From a virus: DNA of 64,000 nucleotides. Both the position numbers and the translations under genes were made by a program. The stretch's first letter is position 1. Each line of letters opens with the position of its first letter. Below, piece by piece: positions 46,052 to 55,809 of this stretch. The notes under the pieces are model-generated. The model was given only the letters and a program-made list of their open reading frames with translations, did not search any database and was not told where the DNA came from. The stretch lies in IMG/VR virus record IMGVR_UViG_3300045988_109200, positions 25,243 through 89,242 of that record; one strand, 5' to 3'.

Positions 46052-46064
46052 GAGGTTTACATAA

Positions 46065-46154
46065 ATGAGAATGAGATACAACTGGGAAGAACCATTTGCG
46101 GCATTTGCCCTGTTTGTTACAATGTTGATTTTTGGCTTTGCCAAATTTTTTTAA
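46065..46154 (+). CDS. tiny TM peptide (29 aa) upstream of the flotillin gene
   Basis: ATG after agaggtttacataa; hydrophobic. Confidence 0.3.
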   Translation: MRMRYNWEEPFAAFALFVTMLIFGFAKFF

Positions 46155-46175
46155 GATAATCAAGGAGAAAAACAT

Positions 46176-47699
46176 ATGAATATGATGTTTATTGCAATTC
46201 CTGTCGTTGTTGTCCTTCTGATCGCCTTTGCATTTACTTGTTATAAGAAGGCTCCTCCGACTCAGGCAATCGTTGTGACTGGCTTTGGACTGTCTAAACC
46301 GAAGGTTATCTGTGGTCGTGGTGTGTTCGTCCTGCCTGTTATTCAGCGAGCTGACCGTCTGAATATGCGACTGCTCAAGATTGATGTCAAGACTCCTGAG
46401 ACCGGTGTTAAGACTAAAGAAGGCGTTTCTTTGTGGTTGGACTCTGTTGTTACTGTTCAGGTTTACTCTGAAAACTCTACTGTAACTGATGAGGAAATCA
46501 AGAGTGCGGGCTGTGCAGATGCCAAGACCTATATCAGTGCCCGTCAGCAGGCTGCTATTTCTAACTTCCTTGGCATGAGCGAAGATGGTATCAACGAGAA
46601 GATTAACGATGTCCTGCAGGGTAATCTGCGTGAGATTGTTTCTGAAATGACTGTCAACGACATTCTGACTAACCGTAAGCAGATGGCTATCTCTGTTGTT
46701 GAGAATGCTCGTCCTGATCTTGCAAAGATGGGTCTGGAGGTTGTTACCTTTAATGTTCAGGACATCAAGGATGCTATTGATGCTCAGGGTCATAATCACG
46801 GTGTCATCGAGGCAATTGGTGTTCAGCAGGAAGAATTGGTGAAGAAGCAGGCTGAAATTGCTAAGGCAGAAGCTGCTCGTGACATTGCTCGCGCAAAGGC
46901 TGATACTGCCCGTGAAGCAAACGAGAAGGAAATCGAGTCCAAGACTGCTATTGCCCAGCGCAACAATGAGTATCTGCTGGCTCAGGCTGCTCTAAAGACT
47001 AAGGCAGATAGGGCAAATGCTGATGCTGAGGCGGCTGGTCAGATTCAGATGAACCTCCGTGACAAGGAAATTAAGGAAGCTGAAGCAGATGCAGCTATTG
47101 CACAGCAGAAAAAGATGGTTGAATTGGCTGCTAAGGAAGCAGAAGTTCGCCAGCAGAAGCTGGATGCGGAAGTTCGTAAGCAGGCAGATGCCGACCTGTA
47201 TAAGCGTCAGAAGGAAGCTGAAGCAAAGAAGTACGAGGCGGAGCGTTCTGCAGAATCCGCAAAGTTCGCTAAGGAACAGGAAGCAGAAGGTATCCGCATG
47301 GTCGGTATGGCAGAAGCTGAGGCCATCAAGCAGAAGGGTCTTGCTGAAGCAGAAGCTATGCTGAAGAAGGCTGAAGCTTACAAGCAGTATAATGGTGCGG
47401 CCATGGGCGAAATGATCATTAAGATTCTCCCTAGCATTGCAGCTGAGGTTGCAAAGCCGCTGGCGTCCATTGATAAGGTTTCCATCATTGGCAGTAACGC
47501 AAATGGTGTTTCTGAGATTTCCGGCAATGTCCCGGCAGTCATGGCTCAGACTTTTGAGGCCGTTCGTGAAGCAACTGGCATTGATATGAAGGAAATTGTC
47601 CGTGCCAACAGTTACGATGCAAAGGTCACTAAGAATGTGAACCTTGTAAGCGATTCGACGATTGTTTCTGAAAAGAACGATGTGCAGGATGCTGAGTAA
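46176..47699 (+). CDS. flotillin-like SPFH/band-7 membrane protein (507 aa)
   Basis: N-terminal TM; SPFH domain; long EA-rich coiled coil. Confidence 0.7.
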   Translation: MNMMFIAIPVVVVLLIAFAFTCYKKAPPTQAIVVTGFGLSKPKVICGRGVFVLPVIQRADRLNMRLLKIDVKTPETGVKTKEGVSLWLDSVVTVQVYSENSTVTDEEIKSAGCADAKTYISARQQAAISNFLGMSEDGINEKINDVLQGNLREIVSEMTVNDILTNRKQMAISVVENARPDLAKMGLEVVTFNVQDIKDAIDAQGHNHGVIEAIGVQQEELVKKQAEIAKAEAARDIARAKADTAREANEKEIESKTAIAQRNNEYLLAQAALKTKADRANADAEAAGQIQMNLRDKEIKEAEADAAIAQQKKMVELAAKEAEVRQQKLDAEVRKQADADLYKRQKEAEAKKYEAERSAESAKFAKEQEAEGIRMVGMAEAEAIKQKGLAEAEAMLKKAEAYKQYNGAAMGEMIIKILPSIAAEVAKPLASIDKVSIIGSNANGVSEISGNVPAVMAQTFEAVREATGIDMKEIVRANSYDAKVTKNVNLVSDSTIVSEKNDVQDAE

Positions 47700-47710
47700 G
47701 AGGTGATTAC

Positions 47711-49906
47711 ATGGAATATGTGATTAAACGCGATGGAACGAAAGTTCCTTTTGATAAAAGTAAGATTGTAAATGCGATTGAGAAGGCGATGACGAATACG
47801 ACTGGAGGAGTTGATTCTCGCGTGTCTAATGCTATTGCAGACTACATCGCAGACGTCCCTGATACGATGTCTGTGGAGCAGATTCAGGATGTAGTTATTG
47901 ACCAGTTGAAAAATAGCCCTCTTTCGGATGTGGCTGACGCTTATAGTCACTGGCGTATTCTTCGGCAGGAGATTCGTGAGAAACAGCGAGCATATGGCGA
48001 AATTCTTTCCATCTGTGATGTAGACAATGAGAAGGTCAAGCAGGAAAACAGCAACAAAAATCCTGTTGTGAATAGCGTGCAGCGTGACTATATGGCTGGC
48101 GAGGTCTCCAAAGATCTGAGCTTCAATCTGCTTCTCCCGAAAGATATTGTGGACGCTCACTATGATGGCCGAATTCATTTTCACGATTCCGACTATTTTG
48201 CCCAGCACATGTTTAACTGCTCGCTAGTCAATCTGGAAGACATGCTTCAAAACGGCACTGTGATTTCTGGCACTGGAATCGACAAACCACATAGTTTCTC
48301 TACAGCGTGCAATATTGCAACCCAGATTATTGCACAGGTTGCTTCCAACCAATATGGTGGTCAGAGTATTACTCTGTCTCATTTGGCTCCTTTCGTGGAC
48401 GTCTCTCGAAAGAAGATTACGGGTGAAGTCCATGAGGAGTTTTACGACATGATTCAAAACAATGAGATTGACAAGATGCCAAATCAGGAGACTATCAATC
48501 GAATTGTAGAGAAGCGTTTACATAAAGAAATCGTTGCAGGCGTTCAGACTATTCAGTATCAGGTTATTACTTTGATGACCACTAACGGGCAAGCTCCTTT
48601 TATTACTGTTTTTATGTATCTGGATGAAGTTCCTGAAGGCCAGACCCGTGATGACCTTGCAATTATCATTGAAGAAGTCCTTCGTCAGCGTATTAAAGGC
48701 GTGAAGAATGAGACTGGTGCATGGATTACTCCGGCTTTCCCAAAGCTGATTTATGTGCTGGAAGAAGATAACATTCGAGATAATTCTAAGTATTACTATC
48801 TGACTGAACTGGCAGCTAAATGTACTGCCAAGAGGTTTGTGCCCGACTACATTTCTGAGAAGAAGATGTTGGAATACAAGGGTGCTTGCTATCCTTGCAT
48901 GGGCTGCCGGAGCTTCCTGACCCCTGATCGAACCACCGAGAATATTTCTGGTGCCATGAATTGGGAAAAGGGTCACAAGTACTATGGTCGCTTTAATGCC
49001 GGTGTTGTCACCATCAATCTGGTAGATGTTGCTTGTAGCTCTAAGAAGGATGTTTCTGAGTTTTGGAGAATTTTTGATGAGCGTCTTGAACTGTGCCATC
49101 GAGCACTTCAGATTCGGTATAAGCGATTGATGGGTACGCCTTCTGATGTGAGTCCAATTCATTTTCAGCAGGGTGCAATCGCACGTTTGAAGAAGGGCGA
49201 GAAGATTGATAAATTGCTGTTTGACGGATATGCAACCATCAGTTTAGGTTACGCAGGTCTGTATGAATGCGTAAAGTACATGACCGGTAAGAGCCATACT
49301 GATGATGAAGCAAAACCTTTTGCTCTTGAGATTATGCAACACATGAACGACAAGTGCAGTGAGTGGAAGGCAGCAGAAAATATTGATTACAGTCTCTACG
49401 GCACCCCGCTGGAATCTACCACCTACAAGTTCGCCAAGTGCCTGCAAAAGCGGTTCGGCATCATTCCAGATGTAACCGACCATGATTACATCACCAATAG
49501 CTATCATGTCGTGGTTCGTGAGCATATTGATGCATTCAAGAAGCTGAAGTTTGAGTCTGAGTTCCAGCAGCTGTCTCCCGGAGGAGCGATTTCTTATATT
49601 GAATGCCCGAACATGACCAACAACATCCCAGCTGTGATGAGTGTCATCAAATACATCTACGACACTATTATCTACGCAGAGCTGAACATCAAGTCTGATT
49701 ATTGCCAGATTTGTGGCTATGACGGCGAGATTAAGATTGTTGAAGATAACGGCAAGCTCGTTTGGGAATGCCCGAACTGTGGTAATCGTGACCAGAATAA
49801 ACTGAATGTTGCACGACGTACCTGCGGTTTTATTGGGACTCAGTTTTGGAATCAGGGGCGGACGCAAGAGATTCGTGATCGTGTGGTTCATTTGAGCGAT
49901 AACTAA
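47711..49906 (+). CDS. nrdD: anaerobic ribonucleoside-triphosphate reductase NrdD (731 aa)
   Basis: ATP-cone N-terminus; C-terminal CPNCG zinc site; glycyl-radical motif RTCGFIG. Confidence 0.9.
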   Translation: MEYVIKRDGTKVPFDKSKIVNAIEKAMTNTTGGVDSRVSNAIADYIADVPDTMSVEQIQDVVIDQLKNSPLSDVADAYSHWRILRQEIREKQRAYGEILSICDVDNEKVKQENSNKNPVVNSVQRDYMAGEVSKDLSFNLLLPKDIVDAHYDGRIHFHDSDYFAQHMFNCSLVNLEDMLQNGTVISGTGIDKPHSFSTACNIATQIIAQVASNQYGGQSITLSHLAPFVDVSRKKITGEVHEEFYDMIQNNEIDKMPNQETINRIVEKRLHKEIVAGVQTIQYQVITLMTTNGQAPFITVFMYLDEVPEGQTRDDLAIIIEEVLRQRIKGVKNETGAWITPAFPKLIYVLEEDNIRDNSKYYYLTELAAKCTAKRFVPDYISEKKMLEYKGACYPCMGCRSFLTPDRTTENISGAMNWEKGHKYYGRFNAGVVTINLVDVACSSKKDVSEFWRIFDERLELCHRALQIRYKRLMGTPSDVSPIHFQQGAIARLKKGEKIDKLLFDGYATISLGYAGLYECVKYMTGKSHTDDEAKPFALEIMQHMNDKCSEWKAAENIDYSLYGTPLESTTYKFAKCLQKRFGIIPDVTDHDYITNSYHVVVREHIDAFKKLKFESEFQQLSPGGAISYIECPNMTNNIPAVMSVIKYIYDTIIYAELNIKSDYCQICGYDGEIKIVEDNGKLVWECPNCGNRDQNKLNVARRTCGFIGTQFWNQGRTQEIRDRVVHLSDN

Positions 49907-49920
49907 ACAAAGGATAAAAT

Positions 49921-50253
49921 ATGGATACTACACAACAGATTTTAGAGCGAGATTGGGATAATGGTTTTGTTAAAAAGATGCAGAATCGTATTTTAGTATC
50001 TCATTATAAATATGGTTGGATGAATCAAACATATCCAGATTTAGCTCAAGCTGTAAAGGAAATTTATCCAAGAGTCAAAAAGTATTTAGAGACAGGAAAT
50101 ACAGAATGGCTCATTGATGTTGCTAATTTTGCAATGATTGAGTATTTACATCCGAGTGTTGTTGGAGCGTATTTCAAAGGAACGGATAGCGAAGAGTCTC
50201 CGGGACTGACAAGTGGAATCAGCTACAAAGAACTCGAAGAGAGCATGAAGTAA
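49921..50253 (+). CDS. hypothetical protein (110 aa)
   Basis: ORF track. Confidence 0.45.
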   Translation: MDTTQQILERDWDNGFVKKMQNRILVSHYKYGWMNQTYPDLAQAVKEIYPRVKKYLETGNTEWLIDVANFAMIEYLHPSVVGAYFKGTDSEESPGLTSGISYKELEESMK

Positions 50254-50289
50254 AATTTGAATATAAGTGGTGGGTTGGTGGGATTACTT

Positions 50290-50367
50290 ATGAAAGAAAT
50301 CATTGTTTTCTTTGTGATCGTGTGGGTTATCGCCTATTACATTCTAAAAGATGACTACAAAGATTAA
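50290..50367 (+). CDS. tiny TM peptide (25 aa) upstream of the SPFH gene
   Basis: ATG 50290; hydrophobic. Confidence 0.25.
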   Translation: MKEIIVFFVIVWVIAYYILKDDYKD

Positions 50368-50377
50368 GGAGATACTT

Positions 50378-51229
50378 ATGAAGAAATTTATGGCAATTTT
50401 TGTTGCATTCCTCGTTGCGATTGGCGCGGTGCTTTGTACTGAGCGGGTACATACTGGTTATGTTGGTGTTGTTTACTCCGCAAAGGGAGTTGAGCAGCAG
50501 ACCATTTCTCAGGGCTGGCACTTTATGAGTCCTCTGAAGCATGTATCTGAGTTCCCGATTACTCAGCAGCGAGTGGTATTCTCTAACGCTCCGTCTGATT
50601 ATGGTGCAAAGGAACACGCAGATTGGCACATTGACGCTCCTGCAAATGGCGGTACAATTGCAATCAACCTGACTGTCAATTATAACTTCCTGCCGGAGCA
50701 TGTTATTGAACTGTATACCAAGTTTGGTGGCATGGATGGCGAGAGCCTGATGGAGAGCAAGATCCAGAACGATATTATTGCTTACGTCAAGGAAGTTACT
50801 CCTCAGTTCAGTGTCATGCAGATTTATTCTGATGATCGCGCAGGTGTTAATACTGCAATCACCAACTATTTGAATGAGAAGCTGACCGCAGAGTATGGAA
50901 TCAATGTCTCTTCCGCACTGATTGTTGACGCACAGCCTGATGATACCCTGATGCAGAAGATTCGTGCCAAGGAGCAGGCGAAGCAGGATGCAGAGATTGC
51001 AGAACTGAATAAGCAGACTGCTCTGGCTCAGGCAGAGACTGATAAGGTTAAGGCACAGACGGAAGCTGACGTTAAGATGATTGAAGCACAGGCCGAGGCT
51101 GACGCAAACAAGGTGCTTTCTGAATCCATCACGCCTGAGCTGATTCAGATGAAGGAAGCAGAAGCTCGTCTGAAGCATGGCTGGGTTACCGTACAGGGTG
51201 CTGATACTGTCGTTACCAAGGGTGAATAA
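50378..51229 (+). CDS. SPFH/prohibitin-like membrane protein (283 aa)
   Basis: ttaaggagatactt SD; N-terminal TM; band-7 domain; coiled coil. Confidence 0.6.
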   Translation: MKKFMAIFVAFLVAIGAVLCTERVHTGYVGVVYSAKGVEQQTISQGWHFMSPLKHVSEFPITQQRVVFSNAPSDYGAKEHADWHIDAPANGGTIAINLTVNYNFLPEHVIELYTKFGGMDGESLMESKIQNDIIAYVKEVTPQFSVMQIYSDDRAGVNTAITNYLNEKLTAEYGINVSSALIVDAQPDDTLMQKIRAKEQAKQDAEIAELNKQTALAQAETDKVKAQTEADVKMIEAQAEADANKVLSESITPELIQMKEAEARLKHGWVTVQGADTVVTKGE

Positions 51230-51275
51230 ATAACATCTATTGGATTACATTCGTATTCCAAAAGGAGGCTTAATT

Positions 51276-51545
51276 ATGATTATTACAGGTATGGTACATT
51301 ACGAGAGCGTTTGTAAGAACGCACTGGTTAAGTGGTACAACGAGCATATGTCCAATAAAATTACGCTGGAGAACGTCTTTGTGGTTTGGAGTTGCAAGAC
51401 GCTCCAGAACTACAAGGCGCTGCTTTCTACCACCGTCAGCGGTGACGGTATCTATGCTGAGTACACCTACAACGGTGATAAACAGGAACTGTATGAGGAT
51501 GTGTACAAGAAACTGACCAACCAGTGCATTAAAAAGGAACTATAA
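51276..51545 (+). CDS. hypothetical protein (89 aa)
   Basis: aaaaggaggcttaattATG. Confidence 0.4.
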   Translation: MIITGMVHYESVCKNALVKWYNEHMSNKITLENVFVVWSCKTLQNYKALLSTTVSGDGIYAEYTYNGDKQELYEDVYKKLTNQCIKKEL

Positions 51546-51546
51546 A

Positions 51547-51780
51547 ATGAAAATTCTTGGAAACAAGACATTATTCTTTCGGCTTAAAGCTGGAGATCCG
51601 TTTTATCTAAATGGTGTACTTTGCATGAAGGTTAATAATCCAGACTCTACTGGAGCAAATAATCTTTGCAATTCCGTTCAAGTAGGAGACGGACAGATGA
51701 GATTCGTTGATCATAATGTCATTGTAGAGATTGCGCCTGTTCACGTGGCTAATGGTAAATATTTCGAAGAAGGTGATTAA
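51547..51780 (+). CDS. hypothetical protein (77 aa)
   Basis: ORF track. Confidence 0.4.
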   Translation: MKILGNKTLFFRLKAGDPFYLNGVLCMKVNNPDSTGANNLCNSVQVGDGQMRFVDHNVIVEIAPVHVANGKYFEEGD

Positions 51781-52012
51781 CATAGAAGCATGGAAAAATT
51801 TCTTTAAGGCACTTTTTAAATTTTTACTTATCCTTATCTATACAACATTACGGTATTTTGTGTCATGGGCTGGTACGTCTAGTGTCGTTTGGCTGATTTT
51901 TTGGTTGTTTAGAATAAAGTTCTCTTTTGCGGCTGCAACTGGCATTTGGTTGGCTTTAACTTTAATTGGAATATTTATCAATTACTACTCAAGCCTCTAT
52001 AAAAACAAGTAA
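51731..52012 (+). CDS. putative membrane protein (93 aa), start uncertain
   Basis: ORF track; two hydrophobic helices. Confidence 0.3.
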   Translation: MRLFTWLMVNISKKVINIEAWKNFFKALFKFLLILIYTTLRYFVSWAGTSSVVWLIFWLFRIKFSFAAATGIWLALTLIGIFINYYSSLYKNK

Positions 52013-52029
52013 ACTAACTAGCAGGGTGG

Positions 52030-52230
52030 GTGTGGTGGCATGAAAGGAGCCTTATGGATTATTGGTCTGTTGAAGTAATGTATTATGATGATGGACATCA
52101 AGCATTCAATACATATATGATCAAAGCACAGGATCAAAATGATGCTATGAATAAAGCACATTATCGTTTTGAAAAGTCTCATGACGGTATGAATTGTATG
52201 GTCCACAGTGTAGAAAGAGCAGGTAACTAA
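52030..52230 (+). CDS. hypothetical protein (66 aa)
   Basis: ORF track. Confidence 0.35.
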   Translation: MWWHERSLMDYWSVEVMYYDDGHQAFNTYMIKAQDQNDAMNKAHYRFEKSHDGMNCMVHSVERAGN

Positions 52231-52231
52231 A

Positions 52232-52435
52232 ATGGATGAAGTTTACGAAAACATCAATCCTGAAAACGATGACAAGAAGTTTGGTCTAGCTCCTTGGGGT
52301 TGCCTTCATTGCGCATTTAGGGATTTTGGTTTGGAACTTCCTAAAATTTCCGGGAAGATGGCAGACGCTCTTATGGATGATTTCTTTGAGACTATGGAAA
52401 TGGCTGGCATTTTAGAGAGGAAAAACAAATCTTAA
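52232..52435 (+). CDS. hypothetical protein (67 aa)
   Basis: ORF track. Confidence 0.4.
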   Translation: MDEVYENINPENDDKKFGLAPWGCLHCAFRDFGLELPKISGKMADALMDDFFETMEMAGILERKNKS

Positions 52436-52505
52436 TAAAAGTGCCGTTTTATCGTAAAATTCTATCAAATTTATAACGTAGATACGTTAAATAACAGGAG
52501 ACAAA

Positions 52506-52940
52506 ATGAAGAAGTGGACAGAAAAGCTGCTTGAAGCTGAAGGATACGAGATCCGAAATGCACAAATCAAGAATGTTAGCCTTAACATGGCCGATCATGG
52601 AGTTTTGACTTCTGATTTGACGTTGGATGGTCATGGATGGGGCGGTTGCTATGGAGGATATGTTCTTGGTAAAGGATATGTAGGAGCAAAAACTTTCAAA
52701 GGATATGCTTCTGGTATGGAAGCCATCATGCGAATCATGGACACTGTTGGCTGCGATAAGTACGAGAACATGAAAGACAAGTATATCCGTGTGGCAACTA
52801 AAGGCGGGGGTAGTACAGTAAAAATTATCGGCAATATTCTTGAGGATAAGTGGTTTGATTATGAATCTTTCTTTGATGATATGAAAAACGACACTGCCGA
52901 TGATAAGGGTACTGAGGTAATATGGAGAAGAAATACGTAA
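52506..52940 (+). CDS. hypothetical Gly-rich protein (144 aa)
   Basis: ORF track; acaggagacaaaATG. Confidence 0.45.
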   Translation: MKKWTEKLLEAEGYEIRNAQIKNVSLNMADHGVLTSDLTLDGHGWGGCYGGYVLGKGYVGAKTFKGYASGMEAIMRIMDTVGCDKYENMKDKYIRVATKGGGSTVKIIGNILEDKWFDYESFFDDMKNDTADDKGTEVIWRRNT

Positions 52941-53176
52941 AAATCTTTAAATGCCGTGGATGCAATCGCGATATCATTAAAAATGATGTTGATTTATCTA
53001 TTGCTGAGAAATGGACTCTTTCAGGAATGTTTCAAGATGGGTGTAAACCCGTTGAAGTGTCTGGCGGGTCTAGGCTTTCTGGACAGAACAAATTCCTGCT
53101 TCATCGGTGTGATCCAGAGAAGCTTTGTATTTGTGATTTCATTGGATGGAAAGAAATCGAGGCTAAAAATGATTAA
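52922..53176 (+). CDS. hypothetical Cys-containing protein (84 aa)
   Basis: ORF track. Confidence 0.35.
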   Translation: MEKKYVKIFKCRGCNRDIIKNDVDLSIAEKWTLSGMFQDGCKPVEVSGGSRLSGQNKFLLHRCDPEKLCICDFIGWKEIEAKND

Positions 53177-53501
53177 CAATCCTTTTGCAGAAAAAGGTAT
53201 TATTGCCTGCCAGTGCTGTGGCAGCGGTGAATATCTCTTTAATGAAGATGGTAACCGTAATGGTTACTGTGGTAACTGCGGAGCTAGAATCGACTGGCCG
53301 GAAGTAGAGTTAGATGACTGGAATATCCCAGCGGTGAATCTCCCAAAACTTTGTAGCACCGTTATGGCAAAATACGGCGAGAGAGAAGTTAAAGTGTGGT
53401 ACTCAAAATGTGGCAATTGGATGCCTGACGGCGTGATGACGTACTTGAAGTCACCTGATTATTGGCGTTATTTAACGGAGGAAGAGAAGAATGGGACTTA
53501 A
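53169..53501 (+). CDS. zinc-ribbon protein (110 aa)
   Basis: ATG 53169; CQCCGSG...CGNCG. Confidence 0.4.
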   Translation: MINNPFAEKGIIACQCCGSGEYLFNEDGNRNGYCGNCGARIDWPEVELDDWNIPAVNLPKLCSTVMAKYGEREVKVWYSKCGNWMPDGVMTYLKSPDYWRYLTEEEKNGT

Positions 53502-53525
53502 AGAGCATGAAAAATCCTATTCATT

Positions 53526-53765
53526 ATGTGTTTGACGTTCCGAAAGGTTATGTGGCCTCGCCAAGTCTATGCTTGCCTTCGTAAAATTATCCCATACAAG
53601 CAATTCGTTTACTATCTTAAAAAGTGGGAAGAACTTGGTTTCTATGATTATGGAGTAAATCAAGAGCTCGGCTGGTTTTATCCAGAAAACTTTCCAGATA
53701 GATACAAGGAAATAATTGAAGGTGTAGAAGATTTTAAAGAATACAAAACCGGATGTGTTTTCTAA
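53526..53765 (+). CDS. hypothetical protein (79 aa)
   Basis: ORF track. Confidence 0.35.
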   Translation: MCLTFRKVMWPRQVYACLRKIIPYKQFVYYLKKWEELGFYDYGVNQELGWFYPENFPDRYKEIIEGVEDFKEYKTGCVF

Positions 53766-53793
53766 AATTCCGCTTTTAACAGAAAGGAAAGGC

Positions 53794-54102
53794 ATGTTTA
53801 AGACTTTTAAAAATACTGCTGTATGCGTCCTTCTGGCAGCGATTATGCTGACTGGATGCAGTACAAGTGTGAAAGACTCAGTAGGGAATGTAGCCAAAGA
53901 GAATGACTGGTTCTATCGTATTGGTGACACTCCTGTGGTGTACGACAAGGATACACACGTTATGTATTACTTGTTCAGTAAAAGTGGAGGCAACCATACT
54001 TACGGCTACATGTCTCCTTATTATAATGAGCACGGTCAGATGTGCTACTACGTTGATGGTCAGGTTATTCCAATCGAGGAGGTGCTAATCGATGCTGGCT
54101 GA
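53794..54102 (+). CDS. lipoprotein (102 aa)
   Basis: signal peptide with lipobox LTGC. Confidence 0.5.
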   Translation: MFKTFKNTAVCVLLAAIMLTGCSTSVKDSVGNVAKENDWFYRIGDTPVVYDKDTHVMYYLFSKSGGNHTYGYMSPYYNEHGQMCYYVDGQVIPIEEVLIDAG

Positions 54103-54298
54103 GCTTATTTGGCTGCTTGTTAAATCGTATATCGTTTTGATTCTTACAGCCGCAATTATACGCTCTGAAGAAATTCTATACGATTTCTTACGTAATACTG
54201 TAATGTATGACATCAAACTTAAATATGTAAAGTGGACTGTCGTTGCACTGAATATTCTTATTATCGTATGTGTGAGTCTATGGACAAAGGTGATTTAA
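54092..54298 (+). CDS. small membrane protein (68 aa)
   Basis: ORF track; hydrophobic. Confidence 0.35.
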   Translation: MLAELIWLLVKSYIVLILTAAIIRSEEILYDFLRNTVMYDIKLKYVKWTVVALNILIIVCVSLWTKVI

Positions 54299-54299
54299 A

Positions 54300-54737
54300 A
54301 TGGATACTAGCTTTAATTTAAAGCACGTTCCCGGAAGCTTTGCATGGATTATTGAGCGAGAGAATGCCGACAAAAACTGTAATAAATGTGATACCAACGG
54401 AAATGTGAATATAACATTCTTTGACGGTACTCAGAAAAAGTGGCGTTGCCCAATTTGCCTTGGATACAAAAAGGTTGTAAAAGACGTATATCGAATCAAA
54501 AAATGTAAAATCAAGAGAGTAAACATCGGAGCAAGGATTAACGAAGATGGCAATTTAACGGTAGAAGAAGAATCTATTCAACTAGAAGGAACCAACACAA
54601 GGGACAATATCGATCCTGATTTTGAGTATTACATTCGTAATATTTATGACACAGAAAGTGATGCGAAAATTGCGGCAAACGAAATCAATAAAGCACGAGG
54701 GAACACTGATGAATTATATGAAGATTGTCCCATGTGA
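54300..54737 (+). CDS. hypothetical Cys-rich protein (145 aa)
   Basis: ORF track. Confidence 0.45.
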   Translation: MDTSFNLKHVPGSFAWIIERENADKNCNKCDTNGNVNITFFDGTQKKWRCPICLGYKKVVKDVYRIKKCKIKRVNIGARINEDGNLTVEEESIQLEGTNTRDNIDPDFEYYIRNIYDTESDAKIAANEINKARGNTDELYEDCPM

Positions 54738-55263
54738 TATAGCGAATGGTCCGGGCGTAAGAGTCACGTTATTCTGTGCTGGTTGCAATCACCATTGCCC
54801 CGGTTGCCAGAATCCTACTACATGGGACCCGAATGGTGGTCAGCCATTCACAGAAGAAACGCTTGATAAAATTGTAGATTTACTTCGACCTGATTATATT
54901 CAGGGGCTTACGCTTACTGGTGGAGACCCACTGTATCCAGAGAACAGGGAGATGATTTGCAAAATTCTAATAAGAGTCAGACACGAGTTTGAAGGAAGCA
55001 AAGACATTTGGATGTGGACTGGATATACATGGGAAGAATTGATTCAACAGGCGGCAGAAGAATTGGAATATCAAACTATTCCGACAACGGTAACAATTAT
55101 TCGAAACATAAACGTGCTAGTCGATGGCCCATATATTGAATCTAAACGAGATATCTCTTTGCCGTACATGGGGAGTTCCAATCAACGTGTAATCGGCTGT
55201 AATAAGAGTTTTGCTTTGCGAAGACCAGTCCTTTGGTGGACTCCAGAAGAGAAAGGAAAATAA
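54709..55263 (+). CDS. nrdG: anaerobic RNR activating protein NrdG (184 aa)
   Basis: radical-SAM cluster CNHHCPGC; NGPGVRVTLF typical of NrdG. Confidence 0.8.
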   Translation: MNYMKIVPCDIANGPGVRVTLFCAGCNHHCPGCQNPTTWDPNGGQPFTEETLDKIVDLLRPDYIQGLTLTGGDPLYPENREMICKILIRVRHEFEGSKDIWMWTGYTWEELIQQAAEELEYQTIPTTVTIIRNINVLVDGPYIESKRDISLPYMGSSNQRVIGCNKSFALRRPVLWWTPEEKGK

Positions 55264-55264
55264 C

Positions 55265-55798
55265 ATGGATTTAGGAAACACAACTATTAATCTTGGCTAT
55301 GGCATGAGTCAGATGCCGTATCGCCCCAACATTAAAATCAACAAATTGCACGATGACGCTCATCTGCCGACTTATGGTTCTGCAAATGCTGCTTGTGCAG
55401 ACCTGTATGCCTATATTGGTTTTGATGATGCAACGATGGTAAACAAGAATGGCGATCGTTGTATTATGATTCAGCCGCATGAGACCGTTAAGGTACATAC
55501 TGGTTTGCGAATGGCTCCGCCGGAAGGTTGGTACATTCAGGGCTTCGCCCGCAGCGGTCTTTCCACAAAGCAGGGACTTGCACCTGTAAACGCTGTGCCA
55601 ATCATCGACCAGGATTATCGTGGAGAGATCATTATTCCTCTCCACAACTATTCCAACATCCCGCAGATGATTACTCATGGCGACCGCATTGCTCAGATGG
55701 CAGTTGTTCCGTTTTGGCAGGCTGATTTTGAAGAAGTTTCCAAATTGGACGAAACTGAGCGTGGAGCCGGTGGGTTTGGTTCTACTGGAAAACAGTAA
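55265..55798 (+). CDS. dut: dUTP diphosphatase (177 aa)
   Basis: dUTPase motifs ARSGLS, IIDQDYRGEI, GDRIAQ. Confidence 0.8.
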   Translation: MDLGNTTINLGYGMSQMPYRPNIKINKLHDDAHLPTYGSANAACADLYAYIGFDDATMVNKNGDRCIMIQPHETVKVHTGLRMAPPEGWYIQGFARSGLSTKQGLAPVNAVPIIDQDYRGEIIIPLHNYSNIPQMITHGDRIAQMAVVPFWQADFEEVSKLDETERGAGGFGSTGKQ

Positions 55799-55809
55799 TC
55801 GAGGTGTTT

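Noticed and set aside
46041-51178. Minus-strand ORFs of 200-280 aa inside the flotillin, nrdD and SPFH genes
   Set aside because: Antisense shadows of GC3-rich coding genes; no independent support.
52478-52491. Palindrome AACGTAGATACGTT
   Set aside because: Single short occurrence with a 2-nt loop. Insufficient to call an operator or terminator.
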